The notes under the pieces are model-generated. The model was given only the letters and a program-made list of their open reading frames with translations, searched no databases and was not told the origin of the DNA. Positions 35,063 to 47,632 of a stretch of 64,000 nt of DNA are shown here, piece after piece. Within the stretch, counting starts at the first letter, position 1, and each line of letters opens with the position of its first letter. The position numbers and the translations under genes are program-made. Location: NCBI GenBank assembly GCA_020184695.1, contig JAANOX010000052.1:193060-257059 (forward strand), read 5' to 3'. This DNA is from Histomonas meleagridis 2922-C6/04-290x. Its lineage: Eukaryota > Protista > Parabasalia.

Positions 35063-35524
<462 letters not shown>

Positions 35525-35941
35525 ATGGCTCGTACAAAACAAACAGCTCGTAAATCTACTGGTGGTAAGACTCCACGTAAATCACTCGGTGCTAAGGCAG
35601 CTCGTAAATCAACACCAGTTGTTGATTCACAAGGTGCAAAGAAGCAACATCGTTTCAGACCAGGTACAGTTGCTCTTCGTGAAATTCGTAAATACCAAAA
35701 GAGCACAGATCTTTTAATCCGTAAGCTTCCATTCCAACGTCTCGTTCGTGAAATCGCATCAGGATTCCGTGGTGATCTTCGTTTCCAATCATCAGCAATT
35801 GCAGCTCTTCAAGAAGCTTCTGAAGCTTATCTTGTTGGTCTTTTCGAAGATACAAACCTTTGTGCAATTCATGCAAATCGTGTTACTATTATGGAACGTG
35901 ATGTTCAACTTGCACAAAGAATTCGTGGCGAACGCAATTAA
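35525..35941 (+). CDS. H3: Histone H3 (trichomonad type)
   Basis: [21 protein letters not shown]...[37 protein letters not shown]. Confidence 0.99.
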   Translation: MARTKQTARKSTGGKTPRKSLGAKAARKSTPVVDSQGAKKQHRFRPGTVALREIRKYQKSTDLLIRKLPFQRLVREIASGFRGDLRFQSSAIAALQEASEAYLVGLFEDTNLCAIHANRVTIMERDVQLAQRIRGERN

Positions 35942-36054
35942 ATTTATAAAACTTTATTTCTCGACTAATTTTATTTTTTATTCCATGTTTTAAAATTAAA
36001 TAAAAACATAAAAACATGGTTTACTGACAAAAATATATTATATAAGGAACAATT

Positions 36055-36570
36055 TCATTGGATCAATTCATGACCAATAAATAAGTTTTTACCATTTTTT
36101 AATATTTTGAACTCAATAAAATGTATGCCTTTCAATCCGCTTAGTGTAATGATAAGGGCCATTCTGTGGATAGTTCCGTTTTCTAAGGATTTGGTTTGAT
36201 GAAAAAGAATTTGAATAATTTGTGGATTTGTCTTAAACATCATGGAAACAAAGGAAGACACAACTGATTTAATTTTAGATGAAGCGCCATTTATATTTTT
36301 CCATTGATTTTTTATTGGAATATTTTGCAATCCATTTATTGATAAAAGTTCAAAACCTTTTTGTTCATTCTGTCCAAGTCTTACTTGAATGTTTACTTGT
36401 AAAATTGATATATTAATATCTATATCAGAATATCCAAAATTTAATGAAAATATTTCTATATTTTCTTTTATCCCTGCATAACTCAAAATCTTTGGAATAT
36501 TGTTTTGTACAAATTTTATTACTTGTGTATCGATTGCACTATATGAATGAAACACAAGAATAAAAATCAT
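36055..36570 (-). CDS. Hypothetical secreted protein, possibly cystatin-like fold
   Basis: 171 aa with signal-like MIFILVFHSYSA; GACCGTT (M3-like) motifs upstream. The fold guess is weak. Confidence 0.55.
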   Translation of the reverse strand: MIFILVFHSYSAIDTQVIKFVQNNIPKILSYAGIKENIEIFSLNFGYSDIDINISILQVNIQVRLGQNEQKGFELLSINGLQNIPIKNQWKNINGASSKIKSVVSSFVSMMFKTNPQIIQILFHQTKSLENGTIHRMALIITLSGLKGIHFIEFKILKNGKNLFIGHELIQ

Positions 36571-36672
36571 TTGTTTTTGTTAACGGTCCAGACGCGATAT
36601 AAACGGTCTCCTAAACGCAAAACAGAAATTAAATTTACATTTATTGTTAAATGTTTTCCTCCGAAAATAAAA

Positions 36673-37251
36673 TTATTGTTTGTTTTCCGGTGGTAATGCG
36701 AATTCTGGATTCATTGGAGCATACATTCCTTGCTGTTGACTCTGAGTCTGAGGATATCCCTGAAGCTGAGGTATAGAATTCATTTGTCCCATACCTTGCA
36801 TTTGTTGCATTCCTGGATAAGCCATTTGATTTCCCTGAATTACATTCATTGGCATCATTCCCATTGGAATAATGCCAATTTGAAGATTCTGATCATAACC
36901 TGGATATAAATTATTATTATTCTTTGTCAACAATTCATTTAAAGCCCTCTTCCTGCGTGCTTTTCTATATACATAGTTTGGATGTTCTCTTTTGAACTCT
37001 TCTTGAAGAGATGCAGCTTTTTGTTTGTATTGTAATTTAACATCACTTGGGACTTCTTTCCACATTTTGCCCAAAATTCTGCTGACCTCTGTATTTGAAA
37101 GTGATGGATTTTTCTGTCTAACTTCCGTTCTCATTGTTTGCGAATAAAGAATAAATGCATTTGGAGGTCTGCGCGAATTGTCATTTTCCTCATTTACTGG
37201 CTGCTGAGGTTGCCAAGCAGTATAATCTGGATGCCCTAATGTGTTATACAT
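36673..37251 (-). CDS. HMG-box (Sox/MATA-type) transcription factor
   Basis: RRPPNAFILYSQ...NPSLSNTEVSRILGKMWKEV...HPNYVYR with a Q/M-rich tail. Confidence 0.93.
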   Translation of the reverse strand: MYNTLGHPDYTAWQPQQPVNEENDNSRRPPNAFILYSQTMRTEVRQKNPSLSNTEVSRILGKMWKEVPSDVKLQYKQKAASLQEEFKREHPNYVYRKARRKRALNELLTKNNNNLYPGYDQNLQIGIIPMGMMPMNVIQGNQMAYPGMQQMQGMGQMNSIPQLQGYPQTQSQQQGMYAPMNPEFALPPENKQ

Positions 37252-37276
37252 TTTAAAATTGAATAATGAAAAATGC

Positions 37277-37292
37277 CGCCATTTAAATGGCG
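37277..37292. promoter_or_regulatory. Perfect 16 bp palindrome upstream of the HMG gene
   Basis: CGCCATTTAAATGGCG. Confidence 0.5.
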
Positions 37293-37489
37293 CGGAAATT
37301 CAATATGTCTAAACGAACCCATAAATTTTCAATTGCAATTTGGTATAAGAGTATAAAGGTTAAATTTCATCGCACAGAAATCATTTCGAGCAAAATCCAA
37401 TATTAAAAAGAATTTCTTGGGAAAGTTTAAAAATTGGGTTCAAAAATGATTTACTGTTTTTAAAAATTGATTGTTTAATGATTAATCAT

Positions 37490-37948
37490 TCATCCACCAC
37501 GAAGACGAAGAACAAGATGGAGTGTTGAATCCTTTTGGATGGAATAATCTTGAAGTGTGTTGCCATCTTCGAGTTGCTTACCAGCGAAAATTAAACGTTG
37601 TTGATCTGGTGGGATACCCTCCTTATCTTGGATCTTGGACTTAACATCTTCAATACGGTCAGTTGGTTCAACTTCAAGTGTAATGTGCTTACCTGTAAGG
37701 GTCTTGACGAAGATTTGCATACCACCACGAAGACGAAGAACTAAGTGAAGGGTAGAATCCTTTTGGATGGAATAATCTTGAAGTGTGTTGCCATCTTCAA
37801 GTTGCTTACCAGCGAAAATTAAACGTTGTTGATCTGGTGGGATACCCTCCTTATCTTGGATCTTGGACTTAACATCTTCAATACGGTCAGTTGGTTCAAC
37901 TTCAAGTGTAATGTGCTTGCCAGTGAGTGTCTTGACGAAGATTTGCAT
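37490..37948 (-). CDS. UBQ: Polyubiquitin, two units
   Basis: Two identical 76 aa units [11 protein letters not shown]...LRLRGG with synonymous differences; TGA directly after the final GG. Confidence 0.98.
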   Translation of the reverse strand: MQIFVKTLTGKHITLEVEPTDRIEDVKSKIQDKEGIPPDQQRLIFAGKQLEDGNTLQDYSIQKDSTLHLVLRLRGGMQIFVKTLTGKHITLEVEPTDRIEDVKSKIQDKEGIPPDQQRLIFAGKQLEDGNTLQDYSIQKDSTLHLVLRLRGG

Positions 37949-38529
37949 TCTCAAAAATGATGTGAATAAATTTTGGCATATTTGGTTGGGCAAATTTTGC
38001 TTTAAAAAGATGTCACTTTTAAATATAAACTATTAGAATCATGTGATTTCAACGATAGAGAGGAATGAATGGTTTATACTCAAAAGCAGGAGCTGTGTGG
38101 TTATAAGATAACTATAATTAACCAATATCATCCTCAAAACATTTAAGATTCGAACTTAAAACTAAAAGTCATAAAACTACTCAAAAAGTTTAATTTTGCT
38201 TGGGTACTTTGAGAGTTTAAGAAAAGATAAAAATTATTTATTACTAATCAATTCAACAATTTTTGTAAGATCTATTTGTGTTACATTCCATAATTGCATA
38301 CATAAGTGCAGTTTAAAAAATTAAAAACAATTTTCAAATATTATTTTGAAATAAATATTTCTCTTAATTATTAAGACAAATATTAAATAAAACAAATAAA
38401 TATCTTTAGAATTCTAAGAAGTACCTTAATTACCCCCGGATTATTTTCATCAATGCTTTCATAAGTACTGTTTTGAATGTTTAAAATAGTTTCCAAAATC
38501 CAAAAAAATTATGGGAAATCAGACTTTAT

Positions 38530-39138
38530 TTACTGATTTTGCTTTGGTGCACGGCGGAAACCCCTACGACCACGACGGAAGCGGCGGGTGGATCTCCTTG
38601 GTACTACGTCATAATCACGACGAGCATATCTTACGAATGATTCACCTCCCTTAATTTGAATCTTTTTGTTCTCCTTTACAGCATTTGCTTGGTCTTCAGA
38701 TGTTGCAAACTTGACAAAGGCAAAGCCACGAGAAGATTCAGTGTTGAAGCGAATGATCTTAGCATTCGTTGCGTTGTACTTCTTGAATGCTTCCAATAAA
38801 TCGCTTTCTGCTGTGCCTTCTGGTATTCCGCTAACGAAGGCGGCATCCCTCTTGCGTTCTGGACGAGCTCTAGCTTGACGGATATAGAGGTTACGACCTT
38901 GGAATTCGATAGCCTTTTGATTAGCACGTGCATCTTCAGAAGCTTTGAGAGCTGCTTTCATTCCTTCTTCAGTTTCGAATTGGATAAAACCAGATCCTGT
39001 GGAAACGCTTTGGCCACGATATTTTTCGGTAAGGATGTATGCATATTTGACCTTGCCATATGTCTCAAAGAACTTGGCAAGAGCTTGGGATGATGACCTG
39101 AAGTTTATGTTCCTAACGTAGATGGTCTTTGGGTCCAT
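38530..39138 (-). CDS. Two-RRM RNA-binding protein with basic RGG-like tail
   Basis: RNP2 IYVRNI, RNP1 GSGFIQFE and RGFAFVKF, tail RRFRRGRRGFRR. First ATG at 39138. Confidence 0.9.
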   Translation of the reverse strand: MDPKTIYVRNINFRSSSQALAKFFETYGKVKYAYILTEKYRGQSVSTGSGFIQFETEEGMKAALKASEDARANQKAIEFQGRNLYIRQARARPERKRDAAFVSGIPEGTAESDLLEAFKKYNATNAKIIRFNTESSRGFAFVKFATSEDQANAVKENKKIQIKGGESFVRYARRDYDVVPRRSTRRFRRGRRGFRRAPKQNQ

Positions 39139-39538
39139 TGGAAGTATGAAAACCTGATGGCCGGCCACAACCGTTTATTGCTGTTTTGGCCAAACTGACC
39201 TGTCAATCTCATCTAGAAAAGTGCCAATAGCTTAGATTGTTGTCAAAATTTTATTATGAAAAGTATCGTTTTTAATTGAAAAACTTTCATCGTTTCAATA
39301 CAATTCCTTATCGTTTCTTTCAGCCTTCCATTGTTTTGTCAAATCGGATCAATATAATACCTTTGAACACCCAAAAACAACATACTAAATGCCAGCAAAA
39401 AAGATAATAAAAAATGACAAATAGTGATATCTGCAAATCAAATTATTCAATTATTCGATGTTTTCAATCGCTTCTACACATTGTCTGAATGATTTCCTAG
39501 TACATAAAAAGAAGTAAAGTAAAATATATACCAAAATT

Positions 39539-39931
39539 TTAATTCTTAGCAAGTTGTTCCTTAACAAGTTGAGCACGTTTTGCAGCAAGCTTTGCATGCT
39601 TGAAACGCTAGAAATCATTCATCTGAGATTTAGCGGCGGCTGCCTTAAGATTTTTGCCCCACTTTGTTTCTTCAAATTTTGCAACAGCATCTGCTTCTTT
39701 GACAGCAGCAGCAACTACTTCTTTCTTAGCAGCACGCTCAATCTTTACTACTATATCTGTGAGTTTAAGACGTTTGATTGGGATCATTTGACGAGGTTCT
39801 TGTGCTCCGATTACATCAATCATGACGCGTTTATCATCAACGATGTCAACAATCACAGCAAGTTTATCTGCTAATGGACCATAAGAAATGAGTACAACAC
39901 GTCCAAATTCGACGAATTGTGTGTAGGGCAT
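39539..39931 (-). CDS. RPL14: 60S ribosomal protein L14 (eL14) with an in-frame TAG at codon 108
   Basis: FVEFGRVVLISYGP...KLAVIVDIVDDKRV...MNDF-TAG-RFKHAKLAAKRAQLVKEQLAKN-TAA. Confidence 0.88.
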
Positions 39932-40214
39932 TCTGGAGAACGACCACAAACAGTCACTTTTCGGTTATGGGGGAACTCATTATAAACGGTCGTATCGTTT
40001 GAAAGCTTTTGCAAAACTCATGCACTTTCAACATTTATTATTACTCAAAGGTTTCCAACAAACTTATTCTCTTTGAAATCAACTGCAAATGGGTCTTCAT
40101 CAATATTAGAGAAATTTATAGACAAGTTATTCATTGAAATACTATCTCTATTGAAATTATCATCTTTTGTGCTTTCTTCACGATTAATTTGTTTCTTATG
40201 TAGAAAACGAATAA

Positions 40215-41300
40215 TTAGGACAGTATACGTATTACTTTGTTTAAAGGAATTTGATTTTGTATAAGTATTGGATTTAGTAAATGTATTCGACTTTGTATGT
40301 TACTTCGTGTGAACGAATTTGAATTGTTGAATGTGTGTGTTGGCCAACGATATTGATTACATTCATCAAGTAATATGTCTTTGAGTACACCAAGTGACCC
40401 AAATTCTGTTCCTTGAAATAAATCTGATGTCATACATATTGAGCAGAAATATTATAAAAAGAATTTGAATTTATATTTGGTGCTTTATAACGTAAAATAT
40501 ATACATGTGAGATTAATACAATCTCGAAATGCATAACTTTTAATTGAGCTCACTTTTTCGCCAATGATAACTATGTTTAATTTGGAACATCCATAAAAAG
40601 AATAACTTCCAATTGTTTTAACCAAATTTGGAATTGATATATTTACCAATGATGAACAATAAGAAAATGCATAATTTCCAATTGTTGTAACAAAATTTGG
40701 AATTTCAAATGATTTGTTTGTTCTTCCTTCTGGGTAGCAAAGATTTGTGGTTAGATCTTTGTTATAAAGAATTCCATTATTTCCACTACAATAATTAATA
40801 TTTTCATTAGAAACATTTATATACAGGAGTTTTAAGCAATTTGCAAAAACCTCATCACCAATTAATTTCACTGATTTTGGAATGAAAATATTGGAAATTA
40901 ATGTACGATAATAAAATGCATAATTTCCAATTGTTTCTACATTTTCACCAATATTAATCGAATTTAAAAGAGAGCAAAAATAAAATGCATAATTTCCAAT
41001 TGTTTCTACATTTTTTCTAAGATTAATCCAATTCAAAAGAGACCAGTAATGAAATGCATAATCTCCAATTGAAATAATAGAATTCCCAATGTCAACAGTC
41101 ATTAATAAGGTCCATTGATAAAAATCTTCAATTCCAATTTCATTAATTTCACATGTTATTAGAACATGTAATGTATAACTTTTATATGTGTCTCTTTCGT
41201 TATACTCCGAAAGTGTTGTTATATTAAGGGTATGAGTTGAGAAATCAATTGCTTCTTTTGAGTGTATAAAAAATAAAATAAAATAGGAAGAATGCTTGGA
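40215..41300 (-). pseudogene. Degraded BspA-like LRR gene
   Basis: ORF 40485-41102 (IGDYAF/IGNYAF repeats, NNGILYNKD). Flanks resemble the large BspA N- and C-terminal segments but carry stops and frameshifts. Confidence 0.8.
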
Positions 41301-42116
41301 TATAATTTTTTTTTTGAAAATTTAAATTTGTTGCAAAATTTCTTATCTTAATGAATTTTATAAAAAGCAATATAATTGTTGTAATGATAGTATTAAAATT
41401 CACTGAGGTGATATTTAAAATGAAGTTATATGTAAATTTAAATACATGGCAATATGTTTTATTTATCATTTTTGACTTTTAGATAATCACAACTAACAAT
41501 GAAGCAAATAAATGATAAAAAAATTATAATAATCCAAAGTACCTATCCCAGAATTATCCCTCTTTTTTGAATTAAAATCATTGAAAAAGTCTTCTAATCG
41601 AAATTATCGAAAACAAAAGCACTCAACGATAATTTTTATTAATACATACAAAACCCACCTTTTCAATATTGAGAGGATTCGATCGTAAATTCTCGCGAAT
41701 TCGATTTTTAGGGCACTCAAAAAAATGAAATGAATGTTTATTATTATAGGAAATTACAAATTTAAATACTTTTAATGATTTCTCAGAAAACTATCTTATG
41801 TTTAAAAAAGATTTTTGTGAAACATATTATTCATGAATAGAGAAATGGATTTCGAATTAAATTTTTAATTGCAGATTTTGCGATAAAAATTTATATTGAA
41901 TAAGTTTTTGATTTAGGGATTCATAACAAAAAACACATAATAAAACAAATTATTGTTGAAAAATGGATTTATTTGACTATAGCTATAGGATGGCTTTGTT
42001 AAACGTTTATTTTTCGAAGAAAATAACGTATTTATCAAACACACGATTTAACCTGATTCAATTTATTTGTATATATTTTTTCGGTTTTGAACGGTTTGAA
42101 TAGTTGCCAGAACGAA

Positions 42117-43025
42117 ATGAGCATTTTTGCCAGTCGTAAAGACATATTATGCTCCGACATTCAAACCGTATATGACAACTTACTTCGCGGCGCTTCTGGG
42201 CGTACGACCTACGCAAAAACATGGTCTGGAATCGGCAGTACATCTTGTGCAATGCTCATTACTCAAATTCCAAGTTTAAAATCACAATTTGAAAAAATGA
42301 GGAATATGTTCAATGAAATTGCAGAAATTCATACCAAATTAGCACAAGAAGAAGAAAGAAGTGCTGAAGATTGTCGCGATATCATTGAACGATTTGCTGT
42401 ACTTTATCGTATTGGTGAAGAATATCAAGAACGTAAAGAGCAATATATTCGTGCAACTAAAAACCTAGAAGAAGCTCATAAAAAAATTGAAGTTGAGTCA
42501 AATAAGCCAAACTATGAAAAAAATCGAGCCAAACTTGAGCAACGTCTCGAGGAAGCCAAGAAAGAAAAAACAGATGCGTTGCGCCGCATAAAACGCAAAG
42601 TTCATCAATTATATACATCCAAAGAACTTTACAACAAATTCAAAGTTAGAAGAATGCGCGAATGCTGGACTCGCTACAATGAAGCTTTGAAGGTTGCTGC
42701 CCAAAGTGAAATCCGCAAACTTACTGAACTCCGAGATCTTCTCCAATCACTTAATTCTAAAAACCCTGAGGCTGCAACTGCTATTGAAGCAACAATAGAG
42801 AGCGCAATGGAAAATGTTCAGCCTCCGAAACCAGTCGAAATACCTCATGAAGAAGAAATTGAAGAAACAAAAGAAATATATGAACCAAACGAAATTGAAG
42901 AAACAAAGGAAGCTGATGAGCCATCAGCGGTAGAAGAAGAGGAGCAAAAGATGGAAGAAGCTCCACAAGAAATTAATGAAAATATTGATGCAAATGCACC
43001 TCCGCTTTTTGATGATTTTGAATAA
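42117..43025 (+). CDS. Helical coiled-coil protein with acidic tail, possibly BAR-like
   Basis: ~302 aa from MSIFASRK; long amphipathic helices and an E-rich C-terminus ending PPLFDDFE. Confidence 0.7.
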   Translation: MSIFASRKDILCSDIQTVYDNLLRGASGRTTYAKTWSGIGSTSCAMLITQIPSLKSQFEKMRNMFNEIAEIHTKLAQEEERSAEDCRDIIERFAVLYRIGEEYQERKEQYIRATKNLEEAHKKIEVESNKPNYEKNRAKLEQRLEEAKKEKTDALRRIKRKVHQLYTSKELYNKFKVRRMRECWTRYNEALKVAAQSEIRKLTELRDLLQSLNSKNPEAATAIEATIESAMENVQPPKPVEIPHEEEIEETKEIYEPNEIEETKEADEPSAVEEEEQKMEEAPQEINENIDANAPPLFDDFE

Positions 43026-43368
43026 ACAACTAAGTGAAATAACATTTAGAGCTTATAGCAAAAGTGAATTTACATCTTTTGTTTCCAAAAACAATAAAAT
43101 TCCTATCTGCAATTGATTTAGAAACATTCTTCTTTTTAGTTTATTTTTGTTTCTTAAGAGTTCTTTCCCATATCTTTTTATTTTTTTTTTTTGTTCATTT
43201 TCTTTCTAATCAATTGATTTTCAAATGTCCAATATTTCCTTTATAAAAAGGATCAATTTTACCACAAAAATACAAACCGCTACGATAGACATGAATTTGA
43301 ATTCAATTTTTCAGTTTCAAGCAAAATTTGAATCAGCACTTTTTAGTGGAAATATTGATTTAAAACCT

Positions 43369-43941
43369 TTACTCTGAGAAGTCGTCGCCCTTTCCTTGCT
43401 TCTTTGCTGCATCCTTTGCCCTCATTCTCCTCTTACGACCAGCCTTTTCGGTTGTCATAACAGAATTATCTGCATAACGGATGTTACGTTCTGATTCTTT
43501 CCAAACAAGGAATTGTGGTTGGTTAACAAGTTGGTTCTCAACAGCGATGTGACGATGGTTGATGAGTGTACGAGCATGATGGATGGATTTGGCTAAGGCT
43601 GCTTTATGAACTTGTGTTTGGAGACGGCGATCGAGAAGATCATTTGGTGTAAGTGAAAGTACATAATCGAGTTTCTGCTTTGTTTCATCAAGGACACCAA
43701 GACGGGTGAGACGACGAAGGAGTGCGGCACCTTCAAAGATACGCTTTGTATCATTTTCTGGAAGCATAAGAAGATTACGGGCAGCTTTACGGATCTTAGC
43801 AAGTGTGTAATTAACCCTCCAAAGTTCACGCTTGTTCTTAAGACCGTATTCACCGACAACCTTAAGTTCACGGTGAATACGTTCTTTTTCGTATGGACGC
43901 ATTGGTTTCTTGAAAGTACGGCCGAAGTTATGACTTGTCAT
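43369..43941 (-). CDS. RPS9: 40S ribosomal protein S9 (uS4)
   Basis: PYEKERI...[14 protein letters not shown]...RRLQTQV...[11 protein letters not shown]. Confidence 0.98.
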   Translation of the reverse strand: MTSHNFGRTFKKPMRPYEKERIHRELKVVGEYGLKNKRELWRVNYTLAKIRKAARNLLMLPENDTKRIFEGAALLRRLTRLGVLDETKQKLDYVLSLTPNDLLDRRLQTQVHKAALAKSIHHARTLINHRHIAVENQLVNQPQFLVWKESERNIRYADNSVMTTEKAGRKRRMRAKDAAKKQGKGDDFSE

Positions 43942-44256
43942 TCAGCAAAAGGAAGGCCAAACGGTTATCCCCTTAATATTTGAAAGCAGTTTGTTTGAAC
44001 ACACATTGGTGAATTTTTTGTGGATCTTGGGTGCCCCAACGATTGAAAGCAACAGAATTGTAAAAGGAGTTAGATTTCGATATATGGAATTTATAAAAAC
44101 CTGATAATTCTTAGGAGCAATAAAAATTTGTTAGTAAAAGTAATGTGATGCATAACATGTGCGTAAAATTCAAGATGTGAAAAATTGATTAAAATATTTT
44201 AGGGTGCCCCAAACCGTCAATAAAAACGGTTTCAGTTTGGCCGTTCCTTTTTGCTC
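43942..44256. promoter_or_regulatory. Divergent RPS9/RPL13a promoter with M3 (Myb-type) and M5 (CCTTT) elements plus two GGGTGCCCC motifs
   Basis: Minus strand: AACCGTTT (43959-66) and CCTTT (43948-52). Plus strand: AACGGTTT (44225), GGCCGTT (44239), CCTTT (44246). TTGGGTGCCCCAA (44027) and TAGGGTGCCCCAA (44200). Confidence 0.7.
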
Positions 44257-44853
44257 ATGTCAATAGTCATTGATGGTAAAGGTCATGTTTCAGGTCGTTT
44301 AGCAGGTGTCATTGCCAAGCAATTACTCAACGGAAGGAAGATTGTTGTTGTTAGGGCTGAAAGCATTGTTACAACTGGTGATCATCGTTTTAATTATCAC
44401 AAGTATCGTCGTTTCTTAAGAAAGACAACCAACTCAAACCCACGTCATGGTCCATTCCATGAACGTGCACCAGCTGAAATCTTCTCTCGTACAGTTCGTG
44501 GAATGGTCAATTATAAGACAGCCCGCGGTGCTGCAGCTTTTGCTAGACTCAAGGTCTACGAAGGTATCCCAGAGAAGTATGAAGGCGTCAAGAAACTTGT
44601 TGTTCCAACTGCTCTTCGTGTTGTCGCCATCCGCACTGATCGTCCAGTTACAACTCTCGGAAAGATTTCTACAACATTCGGATGGAAGTATGGCCACGTT
44701 GTCAAAGCACTTGAAGAAAAGAGAATCGCCAAAGCTGCCGAATTACATGAAGCAAAGAAGGCTGAAAAGGAAAAGAAGCAACGTGCAATTGCTGCTGCAA
44801 ACAAACAACTCGGTGAAGCAGCTGTTAAATTCCTTGAAACATACGTCGAGTAA
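44257..44853 (+). CDS. RPL13A: 60S ribosomal protein L13a (uL13)
   Basis: IVIDGKGHVSGRLAGVIAKQLLNG...NPRHGPFHERAP...RLKVYEGIP. Confidence 0.98.
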   Translation: MSIVIDGKGHVSGRLAGVIAKQLLNGRKIVVVRAESIVTTGDHRFNYHKYRRFLRKTTNSNPRHGPFHERAPAEIFSRTVRGMVNYKTARGAAAFARLKVYEGIPEKYEGVKKLVVPTALRVVAIRTDRPVTTLGKISTTFGWKYGHVVKALEEKRIAKAAELHEAKKAEKEKKQRAIAAANKQLGEAAVKFLETYVE

Positions 44854-45116
44854 ATCTTAAATTTGAACTTCTTTGTTTTTTATTTCGAAAGCTAGATTCA
44901 ACAAAATAGAAATCAAGTATTGTAACATTCAAATTCCATTATATTATCAAACGCAATTCTGATAATCAAAAATGTTGAAATTTTATAATAATTACGTCAC
45001 TTTATGTAGATATGGATGTGTTAGATTGTAAACGTAGTTTTTTCTTATTAAAAAAAAAACAATAAAAAAGATCTTAACGTTCGTCAGATGATAACAAAAA
45101 TTTTGATTTCCAACAA

Positions 45117-46655
45117 ATGGATCTCATATCCTTTTCTTCCCTTTGCTTAAGTCCAGATGAAGAAAAGGATAAGGTTATGGGATGCAATGTGACATTTCCA
45201 ACAGTTGACAACGCAAATGATAATCAACTAATTATCCTTGATAACAATACAAAAATTTCGATATGCAAAGAATGTTATTCAATAAAGACATCCAAAAATG
45301 AAGCTTGTCCTGTTTGTTCACCAGAAAAATATTTCCATAACATGATTTTTCAACCTAAATATAATATTTTCTATAATCCAAGTAATTTGTGTTCAAAAAA
45401 TGCAACCATTGCTCTTGTTTTTGACCTCGGAGCTGAACGAAAATCAGTTGATCAAATTATTAATGTTTTTGTTACTCAAAAAATTCCATTAAATAATTGT
45501 CGATTTTCGTTAGCATTTATCACAAGTGTTCCTATTTTTGTGACCAATTCTAGTAATATATTAAACATATCATTTGGTGATGCCACCGATCTTCTTTTTT
45601 GTTCCAATGAAGAATTACCAAAAATATTAGACGAAGTAAATTCCATAATCAAATCAATTCATGTCAAATACAACAGAGATTCTAATGCAATATCTGATTT
45701 CTTTACAAAAATTCAAAAAACTGAGGTTGATAATGTCATTATATTTTATTCCAAAATCTTAAAAGTTCCTGAAAGAATTTCTAAAATTCAAGTACATGCA
45801 ATTGAAGTAACGGAAGGTATATGTAATGATCCATTATCTCTTTTTAATCGTATTTCATCGCATAATGTTTTTTCCAAAACATCAACGAACATAATTGAAT
45901 ACATTACACATATCGTCAAACCGTCTGTTTTTGGTTCTTTTTGTGAATTCACATTAACTACATCACAAGGTTTAAAGCCTAAATGGGCTTTTATATCAGG
46001 TACCATATATAGTGGTGAGTTGCAACATGTTGTAATTCCCAATTCTGATTTTTTTATCACATTTAAATTTTGTGGGCATAAAAAACCACGAAATTATGCC
46101 TTACAATTTGTGTATAATTTTTCTAATGGATGCTTTTTTATACAGAATCGAATGTGGATCAAAGCGCAAACTGTACAACTTTGGATATCATCGATATCAT
46201 TTTATGATTATGTTTCATTAATGATTCGCCAATTTATATTTAAATCATATTCGAAAAAACTAAAAATTTCAACGTTTAAGAAAAAGTTATTTGAGTTTGA
46301 TCTTAAATCAGATTTTTATGGTTTAAGTGGCGTTCGAATTGTTATAAAAATTTTTTCTTTTTTCTGTGGCTGTGATCAATCTTTAATTCCACAAAATGTC
46401 CGAAATGAAATTATCTTTTTGTGTTTAACTATGGGAATGAATTACATGAAGGAATTAATCGACGCATTGATGAACTTGGTGAACATTGGGGAATTTATCG
46501 AAATTCCTCCATTCTTCATTTCGTATGACATCGGATTAATGAAATGTTCGAAAAGAAATAGCTGCGTGATATCGCCTGTTTTTTTTATGTTAGAAAAAGA
46601 ACATTTCATGTTGTTAAAAGAGGAACTTAATAAATGTATTAGTGATACAGAATAA
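45117..46655 (+). CDS. Hypothetical 512 aa protein, possibly a divergent Sec23/Sec24-like (Zn finger plus vWA-like)
   Basis: CKEC...CPVC followed by IALVFDLG; the family call is tentative. Confidence 0.6.
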   Translation: MDLISFSSLCLSPDEEKDKVMGCNVTFPTVDNANDNQLIILDNNTKISICKECYSIKTSKNEACPVCSPEKYFHNMIFQPKYNIFYNPSNLCSKNATIALVFDLGAERKSVDQIINVFVTQKIPLNNCRFSLAFITSVPIFVTNSSNILNISFGDATDLLFCSNEELPKILDEVNSIIKSIHVKYNRDSNAISDFFTKIQKTEVDNVIIFYSKILKVPERISKIQVHAIEVTEGICNDPLSLFNRISSHNVFSKTSTNIIEYITHIVKPSVFGSFCEFTLTTSQGLKPKWAFISGTIYSGELQHVVIPNSDFFITFKFCGHKKPRNYALQFVYNFSNGCFFIQNRMWIKAQTVQLWISSISFYDYVSLMIRQFIFKSYSKKLKISTFKKKLFEFDLKSDFYGLSGVRIVIKIFSFFCGCDQSLIPQNVRNEIIFLCLTMGMNYMKELIDALMNLVNIGEFIEIPPFFISYDIGLMKCSKRNSCVISPVFFMLEKEHFMLLKEELNKCISDTE

Positions 46656-47083
46656 GAAAAATAATATATATAAATTTGTTATGTTACTAAAATTTGTTTA
46701 AATGTTTATTTTATTTTTTAAGAATTCATAATTGTTATAATGTTCGAGTGAAATTTTGGTATAAATTTATATGTTTAATTAAATAATTACTTATATAGCG
46801 TTTTCTTAAATATATTTTTAATTTTTCGCAACCAAAATTAAAAATGTAGTGAAATTATGTTTCATTTATTTTGTATTCTGTAAATTTACAGAGTGTTGAC
46901 CTGATTTCATTATTAAAATTAAGAACAATCATTTATAAATCATGTATTTAATTAATTGTGTAAAAATTGGTAAATAATTATTTTCATTTTAATTATATTA
47001 TTTATAGAATTAACATATTTTTATATTATAAAATATTCCGAGCATCAAGATACATATGGTATTTTGTCTTTTTATTTAAATAA

Positions 47084-47632
47084 TCATTTCCATTTTTTGT
47101 TGATTTGTTCACCAATCCAATCTAATCCTTCGTAAAGTCCATCACCTGTTGTAGCACATGTTCCTTGCACTTGCCATGGACGATTTGTAATGGTGTTGAG
47201 CTTTAATCTATTACCTAATTCACTTGGTTTTACTGCGTTTGGAAGATCTTGCTTGTTAGCATAGACAAGTAAAATAGCATCACGTAATTCATCTTCTTCG
47301 AGAAGCCTATGAAGAACATCACGCGCTTCATCAATTCTTCCAATATCATTAGAATCGACAACAAAAATAAGTCCTTGTGTGTTGTGGAAATAATGACGCC
47401 ATAGTGGACGAATTCTATCTTGACCTCCAACATCCCAAACATTCATGTTAAGTCCTTTATATTCAAATGTTTCGACATTAAATCCAATTGTTGGAATTGT
47501 TGTTACATGTTCACCAAGTTTTAATTTATATAAAACTGTTGTTTTTCCTGCTGCATCAAGTCCTAACATAAGAATTCTTGTTTCTTTGTTCTTGAACCAA
47601 TTGTTATATATATTGCTAAAGAGTAAACCCAT
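47084..47632 (-). CDS. ARF1: ADP-ribosylation factor GTPase
   Basis: MG myristoylation start, [32 protein letters not shown]. Confidence 0.96.
   Translation of the reverse strand: MGLLFSNIYNNWFKNKETRILMLGLDAAGKTTVLYKLKLGEHVTTIPTIGFNVETFEYKGLNMNVWDVGGQDRIRPLWRHYFHNTQGLIFVVDSNDIGRIDEARDVLHRLLEEDELRDAILLVYANKQDLPNAVKPSELGNRLKLNTITNRPWQVQGTCATTGDGLYEGLDWIGEQINKKWK

Noticed and set aside
39608-39610. Genome-wide stop-codon reassignment
   Set aside because: Only one in-frame TAG occurs among thousands of conserved codons, and TAA/TGA terminate genes normally. The TAA at 62548 is in a transposon relic.
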